This document shows positions 55,750-64,000 of a DNA stretch of 64,000 nucleotides, piece by piece. Made by a program: the position numbers and the translations under genes. Each line of letters begins with the position of its first letter. Position 1 is the first letter of the stretch. The notes beneath the pieces were generated by a model. That model saw only the letters and a program-made list of their open reading frames with translations. It did no database searches and had not been told where the DNA came from. The DNA is taken from positions 1 to 64,000 of the IMG/VR virus record IMGVR_UViG_3300037455_001397. One strand, written 5' to 3'. Source of the stretch: a virus (Duplodnaviria; Caudoviricetes).

Positions 55750-57837
55750 ATGTCTGCCATAAACGACCTTGTCCGACAGATCACAGACCCTGATCTGCGA
55801 GAAAAACTTCAAAAAGAAGTCAACAAGTTGGCCAAACAGAAAAAGTTCGGTTTGGTCTTTGAGGAGCATCTTCCAGAATGTACTCCGCTGTGGGATATGC
55901 CAGTACGTCGCGGAGCAAAGGTCGCACTCAGGTCCGGTCCCGTCAGTGATTTTTATCAAGTTGTTCAAATTAAAAAGGGAATGGCTCAATGTATCCGTCG
56001 AGGTGAGTCCGAGGCGGTTGAATTCTCGATTGGGGATCTTGTTCCCATCGCTGAGTTCGGAGAACCAATTTATCCATATTTGAAGCCGATAGATGCTGTG
56101 TGCAATGCGCCGGACAACGACCTATGGCATACATTGATTGAAGCAGACAACTATCATGCTTTGCAGCTTTTGGAGTATCTCTATGCAGGAAAGGTGGATT
56201 GTATCTATATTGATCCACCCTATAACACAGGTGCACGTGATTGGAAATACAACAATGATTACGTGGACAGCACCGACCAATACCGACACAGCAAATGGCT
56301 TTCCATGATGCAGAAGCGGCTCCGTATTGCAAAGAAACTCCTCAATCCTAATGAATCAGTTTTGATTATTACTATTGACGAAAAAGAGTATTTACATCTT
56401 GGATGCCTGCTGGAAGAGATGTTTCCTGAAGCAACAACCCAAATGATTTCTTCCGTTATTAATCCAAGCGGCTCAAAAAGACTAAATGAGTTTTCGAGAA
56501 GTGACGAGTACATTTTCTTTGTGATGATTGGTGCGGCTGTACCTTGTGGAATAAAAACTGAAGCAAGTTCTGAAAAGAACAGTATCAGTTGGGAAACATT
56601 TAGGCGACACGATCTGCAATCAAAACGTGGCACATCGAAAGGCGGGACGGCTCAATTTTACCCACTTTATGTTGATACAAAAACTGGAAAGATTGCAGAA
56701 ATAGGTAATCCCATTCCTCCGAATATAGATATAAAAACTGTCCCCAATAGACCTGGATGCACAACCGTATTTCCGATTCGAGATAATGGAATTGAAATGA
56801 ACTGGGGGGCAAGGCCTGAAACGGCAAGAGAACTGCTGAAAAATGGATATCTCAAAGCAGGAGAACGCAAGGAAAATACCCCCCAGAAATATGTGGTTAA
56901 ATACCTGACCTCAGGGACAATCGAAGATATCAAGGATGGTACAGCCATTGTGGATGGATATGATACTGATGGCTCAATTATAGCACATTATGAAAACGGA
57001 AAAGATGTTATGCCTAAAACGAACTGGAACGAAAAAAGTCATAATGCAAATGCATATGGAAGCAAGATAATAAAGGATATAATAGGCAATAGGTTTAGTT
57101 TCCCGAAATCATTATATGCAGTACATGATTGCATTGATTTGTTCGTAAGAAATAAGCCTAATGCTATAGTCATTGATTTCTTTGCCGGTTCTGGAACAAC
57201 ACTTCACGCTGTCAATCTGTTGAACGCGGAAGATGGTGGTCATCGTCGTTGTATTCTTGTCACTAATAACGAAGTTTCGGATGATGAGGCAAAAGAAATG
57301 TCCTCTCGAGGACTTAAGCCTGGCGATGAGGAATGGGAGAAACTCGGCATAGCTCAGTACGTCACATGGCCACGCACAGTTTGCTCCATCGAAGGTCATG
57401 ATGTAAAAGGCAATCCACTGAAGGGAACCTATCTCGGCAGTGATTTCCCAATGGCGGATGGTTTTAAGTCAAATGCGGCATATTTTAAGCTTGGATTCCT
57501 TGATAAAACCTCAGTAGCTCTCGGAATGCAATTCAAGGAAATGCTGCCGACTCTATGGATGAAGGCAGGATCTCATGGACCATGTCCTTCACTGACTGAT
57601 ACTCCTGCAGACATGCTGATCCTGGCTGAAAACAGAATGGCCGTCTTGATGAACGAAAATGACTTTTCTTCATTCTCTGAGAAGGTTAATGCCATGCCCG
57701 AAATCAAAACAGTATTTATCATTACAGACTATGATATTAATTATCGCAACATGGTAAGTGCTCTGAAAGGAAAGACTACCTTCCAGCTTTACAGGGACTA
57801 TCTGGATAATTTCCGGATTAATTATGGGAGGAACTGA
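55750..57837 (+). CDS. mod: Type III restriction-modification methyltransferase (Mod)
   Basis: KKFGLVFEEH, YIDPPYNTG, FPKSLY, DFFAGSGTT. Confidence 0.88.
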   Translation: MSAINDLVRQITDPDLREKLQKEVNKLAKQKKFGLVFEEHLPECTPLWDMPVRRGAKVALRSGPVSDFYQVVQIKKGMAQCIRRGESEAVEFSIGDLVPIAEFGEPIYPYLKPIDAVCNAPDNDLWHTLIEADNYHALQLLEYLYAGKVDCIYIDPPYNTGARDWKYNNDYVDSTDQYRHSKWLSMMQKRLRIAKKLLNPNESVLIITIDEKEYLHLGCLLEEMFPEATTQMISSVINPSGSKRLNEFSRSDEYIFFVMIGAAVPCGIKTEASSEKNSISWETFRRHDLQSKRGTSKGGTAQFYPLYVDTKTGKIAEIGNPIPPNIDIKTVPNRPGCTTVFPIRDNGIEMNWGARPETARELLKNGYLKAGERKENTPQKYVVKYLTSGTIEDIKDGTAIVDGYDTDGSIIAHYENGKDVMPKTNWNEKSHNANAYGSKIIKDIIGNRFSFPKSLYAVHDCIDLFVRNKPNAIVIDFFAGSGTTLHAVNLLNAEDGGHRRCILVTNNEVSDDEAKEMSSRGLKPGDEEWEKLGIAQYVTWPRTVCSIEGHDVKGNPLKGTYLGSDFPMADGFKSNAAYFKLGFLDKTSVALGMQFKEMLPTLWMKAGSHGPCPSLTDTPADMLILAENRMAVLMNENDFSSFSEKVNAMPEIKTVFIITDYDINYRNMVSALKGKTTFQLYRDYLDNFRINYGRN

Positions 57838-57839
57838 CA

Positions 57840-60683
57840 ATGATCAACGATTTGTTCTCGTTTCAACAACAGGCCGTAAATGAGCTCAGAGTAAAAACCG
57901 CAATGGCCATGAACAATTATCGTGCTTGTCAGGTTCCTCAGGTTATTTCTCTTCAGGCACCGACCGGTTCGGGCAAAACCATTATCATGGCGGCTTTTGT
58001 GGAGGATGTGTACTTTGGTTCCGACCAATATACAGAACAGCCAGACGCTATCTTCGTGTGGCTATCCGATTCTCCTCAACTGAACGAGCAATCCAGGCAG
58101 AAATTTGAACAGAAAGCAGACAGGCTGAGGCTGACGCAATATGTGACGATTACAGACGAAAGTTTTGATCAGGAAGTGCTGGATGATGGTCACATCTACT
58201 TTTTGAATACACAAAAGCTTGGAAGAGGCGGCAATCTGGGGAAGCATTCCGATACACGCCAATACACAATCTGGGAAACGATAGAGAACACAGCCAAGAA
58301 TAAATCTGACCGGCTGTATTTCATTATTGATGAAGCACATCGAGGAATGATGGGTAACGCAGCTGGAACGGCCACTTCGATCATGCAGCGATTTATTAAG
58401 GGAAGCCCTGCACATCAGCTTTCTCCTGTCCCGGTGATTGTGGGCATGAGTGCAACCTCAGAACGTTTTGATAGTTTGATAGGCAAAGACACGACCTCAA
58501 CACTTCAGAAAGTCATTGTCAGCCCTGCTCAGGTCCGTGCGTCTGGTCTCCTGAAGGACCGAATCGTTATTACTTATCCAGAGGATCCGACCAAACATAA
58601 TGACATGGCCGTCCTTCAGGCTGCGACCGACGAATGGCGGGAAAAGTGCCAGCATTGGTATCAGTACACATATGAACAGCATTATACCAATGTCAACCCC
58701 GTGTTTGTGATTCAAGTAAAGGCGGGGAATGGAAGCAAAGTATCCGATACAGACCTGAATGACGTTATTGCTAAAGTCGAAGAACGGCTGGGGAAGCAGT
58801 TCAAAGAAGGAGAAGTCGTTCACACTTTTGGCTCCACAGGCACGATTACGATAAACGGACTGAACGTCCCTCATATTGAACCTTCGGACATCGCAGATAA
58901 CAGGAAGGTCAAGATCGTATTATTCAAAGAAAACCTTTCAACAGGATGGGACTGCCCACGAGCTGAAACAATGATGTCTTTCCGCGTGGCAGAGGATGCG
59001 ACCTATATTGCACAGCTTCTTGGCCGGATGGTACGTACCCCTTTGCAGTGTCATGTCGTGGTTGACGATTCTCTGAATGAGGTCAGGCTTTTCCTGCCTT
59101 ATTTCAACAAAGACAATGTGCAGAAAGTCATTGACGAATTGCAAAGCACAGAAGGTGGAGAAATCCCGACCGTTGTGGATGGGGAATCGCTTGAGGACCA
59201 GATATACGTTCCCTGGTCAGTTCATGTCTCTTCCGGCAGCAAATCCAGAAAAGGGACACAAGATCCAGATCAACCGGACTTATTCGGGGGAGAGGGAGAA
59301 TCCCCGTATTCGGAAGAACAATCCCATCCTGCCGATGCCGGGCAAGCAAATGCAAGTGTTAAGTCAGATAATGGCCAGATGCTACCTTCACAGGATAACA
59401 ATGCTGTATCCAGCGAAGCAAGTCAGGCCACCAAACCAGCAGGTCATGAAGGCGATGGAAATACTGCATCTGACAAGCCCGTTCTAAATGCTGCTACACC
59501 GATCCAGATGTCTCTTTTCCCTGAGATAGATCGAGAAGCTGTGATCCACTTTATCAATGAACAAGGCTTCCTCACGTATCAGATTCGTATTACGAAAGTT
59601 AACAGTTATCTGAAATCATTGCTGAGTCTTGCCGGAATCCTCACGCAGAATCTGATTTATCAGGGGGCAAATGACGAGGTCAAGGATGAAGTTACCGACC
59701 TGATGCAAGCATATATCCGGGACCTGAAAGACAGGGGGAAATATGATGATCTTGCCAAGAAGGTCCTGGAATTTAAGCTTTCCATACAAATATTCGATCC
59801 GTTTGGAGAAAAAATCGAAAATTCAACTCATTACGACCTGTTTGAGGCTTCAGAAACGGATTTGGACAGGCAGCTTCGTGCAGCCGATGCTAAACTGGGG
59901 GGATATGGTTTCCCGTTTGTATATGGTCGCAGATTCATTGATTTCGACAATCCAAATGCATTTAAGATCGACTGCATTCTTTTTGCTGCGGATGAGGAGT
60001 GTATTCGCAAACTGAACCAATATGCTGAAACAAAATTCCACGCATTAAATGACAAATATCGCAAATATGTCATTTCAAAATCCGAAAAATGCAGAAAACA
60101 GTACAGCGATATTGTTGCAAACGGAGATGAGATCAGTAAACACAACTTTACGCTCCCGGAAATGATTAGCGCGAGGGTGGACAAAGGCGGCGATGTTTAC
60201 AGAGATCATCTTTATGCTGACGCTCATGGAAATGCCCGCATCAAATTGAACGATTGGGAAAAAAGCGTTCTTGAAGAAGAACAAAGACGTGAAGATTTCG
60301 TCTGCTGGCTTCGAAATTTTGACCGGCAATCCTGGTCATTACGAATTCCCTATGAGATTGACAATACAGTGAAGGCTGCCTATCCAGATTTGATCATCAT
60401 CCGCAGAGATCCTGACTTGGGGTATATTATGGACATCCTTGAACCACATAGCCCTGATTTTAAGGATAATCTTGGAAAAGCCAAAGGCTTTGCTGCTTAT
60501 GCACGGGAAGAGATGAAGATAGGCAGGATTCAACTGATTCGCACAGCGAAAGATGCCGCCGGGAAAAACAGATTCAGAAGGCTGGATATGGGAAAAGGAA
60601 TCGTCAGAGACAAGGTTACTGCTGCGATTAACAATGATGAGTTGGACCATATCTTTGATACGGACGGAGAATACGAAGACTGA
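57840..60683 (+). CDS. res: Type III restriction helicase/endonuclease (Res)
   Basis: APTGSGKT, IIDEAH, GMSAT, GWDCPRA, QLLGRMVR, YPDLII..ILEPH. Confidence 0.85.
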   Translation: MINDLFSFQQQAVNELRVKTAMAMNNYRACQVPQVISLQAPTGSGKTIIMAAFVEDVYFGSDQYTEQPDAIFVWLSDSPQLNEQSRQKFEQKADRLRLTQYVTITDESFDQEVLDDGHIYFLNTQKLGRGGNLGKHSDTRQYTIWETIENTAKNKSDRLYFIIDEAHRGMMGNAAGTATSIMQRFIKGSPAHQLSPVPVIVGMSATSERFDSLIGKDTTSTLQKVIVSPAQVRASGLLKDRIVITYPEDPTKHNDMAVLQAATDEWREKCQHWYQYTYEQHYTNVNPVFVIQVKAGNGSKVSDTDLNDVIAKVEERLGKQFKEGEVVHTFGSTGTITINGLNVPHIEPSDIADNRKVKIVLFKENLSTGWDCPRAETMMSFRVAEDATYIAQLLGRMVRTPLQCHVVVDDSLNEVRLFLPYFNKDNVQKVIDELQSTEGGEIPTVVDGESLEDQIYVPWSVHVSSGSKSRKGTQDPDQPDLFGGEGESPYSEEQSHPADAGQANASVKSDNGQMLPSQDNNAVSSEASQATKPAGHEGDGNTASDKPVLNAATPIQMSLFPEIDREAVIHFINEQGFLTYQIRITKVNSYLKSLLSLAGILTQNLIYQGANDEVKDEVTDLMQAYIRDLKDRGKYDDLAKKVLEFKLSIQIFDPFGEKIENSTHYDLFEASETDLDRQLRAADAKLGGYGFPFVYGRRFIDFDNPNAFKIDCILFAADEECIRKLNQYAETKFHALNDKYRKYVISKSEKCRKQYSDIVANGDEISKHNFTLPEMISARVDKGGDVYRDHLYADAHGNARIKLNDWEKSVLEEEQRREDFVCWLRNFDRQSWSLRIPYEIDNTVKAAYPDLIIIRRDPDLGYIMDILEPHSPDFKDNLGKAKGFAAYAREEMKIGRIQLIRTAKDAAGKNRFRRLDMGKGIVRDKVTAAINNDELDHIFDTDGEYED

Positions 60684-60717
60684 CAAAAGGAAAAGAACCA
60701 GAGGAAACGAAGCCATC

Positions 60718-61986
60718 ATGCCGAAATACAATTTCATAGATCTATTTGCCGGCGCGGGTGGCCTTTCTGAAGGTTTTATTCAGGCAGGCTTTGTGCCTTT
60801 GGCTCATGTTGAAATGAATCCCTTCGCGGCAAAGACCATAGAAACGCGAAGTGCCTACTATTATCTGAAAGGAAAAAAGAATCTGTCGCTTTACTACAAA
60901 TATTTGAAAGGTGAAATGTCTCGTGATGAGTTTCTTTCGCAAATTCCTGAACAGTACAAAAAAAATGTTCTATGCGAAACCATGTCCAAAGAAACTCTTC
61001 CTGGCCTGTTCAAAACAATTGACGGTTTGATGGAAAAAAGGGGGCATGCAGCGGTGGATGTGATTATTGGAGGACCGCCATGCCAGGCGTATTCTCTTGT
61101 GGGGCGTGCTCAGAGCAGCCACATGGAAACGCCAATGGAAGAAGACCCTCGTAATGGGTTATATAAACTATATGCGAGTTTTCTAAAGAAGTATAATCCC
61201 CGGATGTTTGTCTTTGAAAATGTTATGGGGATTGAGTCAGCCAACAATGGGAAGACGTGGAAGAACATTCAGAAACGGCTGAAACAGGTAGGGTATGAAA
61301 TTGAATGTCATGAGCAGAATTCAAAGGACTTTGGAGTTCTTCAGAATAGACGGCGCATGATAATTGTAGGATGGCGAAAGTACAGTAATCTGAGATACCC
61401 TGAGTTTAAGAAAGTCTCTTTTGATGCAGTTGTGTACGATTTGCTCGATGATCTTCCTAGGCTTACCCCAGGGGAAAGTGCAGATAACTATAGAACCGTG
61501 CAGATTGGATCCTACTTGGCGGAAACAGGAATCAGAGTTTCAGACGATGTGCTGACGCTGCATTCTGCGAGGCCAAACAAAGACAGAGACATCGAAATAT
61601 ACAAAAGAGCTATAGAAGAGTGGAACGGCGGCCACAAGCGTCTTAATTACAATGATCTGCCTGACGATTTAAAAACACACAAAAACAGGGATTCCTTCCT
61701 CGACAGATTCAAGGTGGTCGAGGGGCATGAGAGGTATTGTCATACGATGCTGGCCCACATTTCCAAAGATGGGCACTACTTTATTCATCCTGATATTAAT
61801 CAACATCGCTCCATTACAGTAAGAGAAGCAGCGAGGATACAGTCTTTTCCAGACAGCTATTTCTTTGAGGGCCCCCGGACATCTCAATTTGTTCAGATTG
61901 GGAATGCCGTACCCCCGCTCATGGCAAAAGCTATTGCCAAAGGAATAGCCAAAGTCCTAAATCAGGGAGGGGGAGATGGAAAGTAA
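60718..61986 (+). CDS. C5 cytosine DNA methyltransferase
   Basis: DLFAGAGG, GGPPCQ, FENV, QNRRR, REAARIQSFPD, IGNAVPP. Confidence 0.92.
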   Translation: MPKYNFIDLFAGAGGLSEGFIQAGFVPLAHVEMNPFAAKTIETRSAYYYLKGKKNLSLYYKYLKGEMSRDEFLSQIPEQYKKNVLCETMSKETLPGLFKTIDGLMEKRGHAAVDVIIGGPPCQAYSLVGRAQSSHMETPMEEDPRNGLYKLYASFLKKYNPRMFVFENVMGIESANNGKTWKNIQKRLKQVGYEIECHEQNSKDFGVLQNRRRMIIVGWRKYSNLRYPEFKKVSFDAVVYDLLDDLPRLTPGESADNYRTVQIGSYLAETGIRVSDDVLTLHSARPNKDRDIEIYKRAIEEWNGGHKRLNYNDLPDDLKTHKNRDSFLDRFKVVEGHERYCHTMLAHISKDGHYFIHPDINQHRSITVREAARIQSFPDSYFFEGPRTSQFVQIGNAVPPLMAKAIAKGIAKVLNQGGGDGK

Positions 61987-64000
61987 TCTTCTGCTGGAAC
62001 AATACAGCCGATATAAGAAGATATTTTTGGGGGAATCTCCGTATAAGTGTCTTCTGAATGCAGACATTGAATTGAATCCACACCAGATCAATGCATTTAT
62101 TGCTGCCGTGCATGCACTGAAAACAGGCGGAATCGTTCTGGCAGATGAAGTTGGCCTTGGAAAAACCATAGAAGCCGGACTGGTGCTTAATTATGTTCTG
62201 GACTCTGGAGCTAAGAAGATTTTAATTGCCCTCCCGGCAACACTGCGCAAGCAATGGGAAGTGGAGCTTGAAGACAAGTTCGGCAAAAAAGCTGTTATTC
62301 TTGATCGTCAGACCGTTGAGAAAGATTATTACGGAATGAAGGACTGGATTGAAAAACCCGAAGTCCGAATTATCATCACCTCCTATGATTATGCATCCAA
62401 GCTGATGCGTCGTTTCCCTGCTGTGAAATGGGACTTTATCATCATTGATGAAGCTCATAATCTGCGCAATGTCTTCCATGGAACAAAACGTGCCAAGAAC
62501 CTTTATGAACTGTCCAAAGGTATTCCTAAAATTCTGCTGACCGCAACCCCCTTGCAGAATTCCCTTTCTGATCTCCATGGGCTCATCTCTTTTATTGACC
62601 CTAAAATATTTGGTTCGGAGCAGGTCTTTAACCACCGATTCATTGAAGGCCAAGACTACGAGACGCTCAAACAAGAATTACTGCCGGTTCTTTTCCGCAC
62701 ATTACGGAAAGATGTTGGTAAGTACATGGATTTCAAACGCAGGGAATGCATTACTGTCGATTTCCATCTAACTCAAGAGGAAAGCGATTTATACAATCTG
62801 GTTAACGCATTCCTGAAACGAGAAACTCTGCATTCGATTCCGACCAATAACAAAGGTCTGATTATTCTTGTAATTCGCAAACTGCTTGCCTCATCCAGCT
62901 TTGCCTTGGTTCAGACGTTTGAAATTCTCCGGAAAAGATTGGAGAAACTCTACCAAGGAACGAAATCAGCAAATGCCCAAGATGGCTTTAATCTTTTCTG
63001 GGACTTTGTGGAAGACGAAATGGATGAGTCTGATTTTGAAGAAAAGGAAGATTTGGATTCTGTCATTCAGAAGCAGGAAATCCAAGACGAACTCAACGCC
63101 GTTCAGGCAATTATTGATGTTGCCACTAAAATTTCTTCCAATGCTAAAGTTGCAGCATTAAAAACTGCTTTGAGAACAGCTTTTGCTCAGCAGGAGCACG
63201 AAGGTGTTCCACAGAAAGCTGTTGTATTTACAGAATCCAAGCGGACACAGAAATACATAGCAGCTGAACTAAGAAAAGATGGTTATGCGGAGGAAGATAT
63301 TCTTCTTTTTAATGGTGATTTTGATGATGCCATGTCCAAAGGGATCTTTCATGCCTGGCTGGTTAAGAACTTTAGAAAGACTAATTATGGCCGAAATGTG
63401 GAGTACAAGCATGCTATCGTGGATTATTTCAGTAACCATGCGAAAGTGCTGATTGTAACAGATGCGGGTTCCGAAGGATTGAACCTCCAGTTCTGCAACA
63501 CTGTAATTAATTATGATTTGCCTTGGAATCCACAGAAGATTGAACAACGGATAGGACGTTGTCATCGTTATGGACAGACACATGATGTGGTAGCAATCAA
63601 TTTGCTCAATACAGATAATGAGGCAGATAAAAGGGTATATGAGATTCTGTCCCGAAAATTTGAGCTGTTTGACGGTGTTTTTGGAGCTTCGGACGTGGCA
63701 TTGGGAACCTTGGAATCAGGTACGGGGTTTGAAAAGACCATTTTGGATATCTACCAGAAATGCAATTCTAATGCGGAGTTCATTCGGGCGTTTGAAACTT
63801 TGGACAAGCAACTGACATCAAAGATGAACAAGCAAGTAGTACAGCTTCGATCTATCCTGCTTACGGAAAGCCCGGAAGCCAAGGGGGAAGCATTGGAGAA
63901 TACGAGAGAAAATATTGAGAAATATCTGCACGATGTGGAATACTGGAATCAATTTGCAGAGCCAGAAATGGATGGCAATCTGTATTACTGGAAAATAGAC
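61976..64000 (+). CDS. SNF2-family helicase (partial, runs off window)
   Basis: Read by hand: MESNLLLEQ..LNPHQ..LADEVGLGKTIEAG..IIDEAH..LTATPLQN..EGLNLQ..YDLPWNP..EQRIGR. Confidence 0.88.
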   Translation, partial: MESNLLLEQYSRYKKIFLGESPYKCLLNADIELNPHQINAFIAAVHALKTGGIVLADEVGLGKTIEAGLVLNYVLDSGAKKILIALPATLRKQWEVELEDKFGKKAVILDRQTVEKDYYGMKDWIEKPEVRIIITSYDYASKLMRRFPAVKWDFIIIDEAHNLRNVFHGTKRAKNLYELSKGIPKILLTATPLQNSLSDLHGLISFIDPKIFGSEQVFNHRFIEGQDYETLKQELLPVLFRTLRKDVGKYMDFKRRECITVDFHLTQEESDLYNLVNAFLKRETLHSIPTNNKGLIILVIRKLLASSSFALVQTFEILRKRLEKLYQGTKSANAQDGFNLFWDFVEDEMDESDFEEKEDLDSVIQKQEIQDELNAVQAIIDVATKISSNAKVAALKTALRTAFAQQEHEGVPQKAVVFTESKRTQKYIAAELRKDGYAEEDILLFNGDFDDAMSKGIFHAWLVKNFRKTNYGRNVEYKHAIVDYFSNHAKVLIVTDAGSEGLNLQFCNTVINYDLPWNPQKIEQRIGRCHRYGQTHDVVAINLLNTDNEADKRVYEILSRKFELFDGVFGASDVALGTLESGTGFEKTILDIYQKCNSNAEFIRAFETLDKQLTSKMNKQVVQLRSILLTESPEAKGEALENTRENIEKYLHDVEYWNQFAEPEMDGNLYYWKID

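Noticed and set aside
55470-55750. attR site / integrase
   Set aside because: Composition changes here, but no integrase, tRNA or partner repeat is visible in the window.

Overview
Most of the window (1 to about 55.5 kb) is a long-tailed temperate prophage. The host is possibly a PVC-group bacterium such as Lentisphaerae, which is inference only. It has two divergent arms around a control region at about 19.4-23.6 kb (sigma-like factor, two hypothetical proteins, S24 repressor). The left arm (minus strand) carries recombination and replication genes, ParB-like genes, a ParB-adenine methylase, SAM synthetase and the terminase, interrupted by plus-strand morons (AbiE toxin-antitoxin, HARE-HTH, XRE). 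The right arm carries a multi-TRD C5 methylase with a nested second gene, portal, protease-capsid, tail, four paralogous fibre/adhesin genes and a small membrane/lysis-like cluster. At 46.6-55.5 kb lies a cassette region of small genes, an amidoligase and two GGCTs. Each unit there is driven by a repeated non-canonical promoter preceded by 57/58-bp phased palindromic repeats. Two conserved 62-nt hairpins in this region have loops complementary to the cassettes' ribosome-binding sites; this is the best candidate for an undescribed regulatory system. The last 8.3 kb is a visibly more AT-rich defence island (type III Mod/Res, C5 methylase, SNF2 helicase, truncated). No integrase, tRNA, rRNA or CRISPR array was seen.
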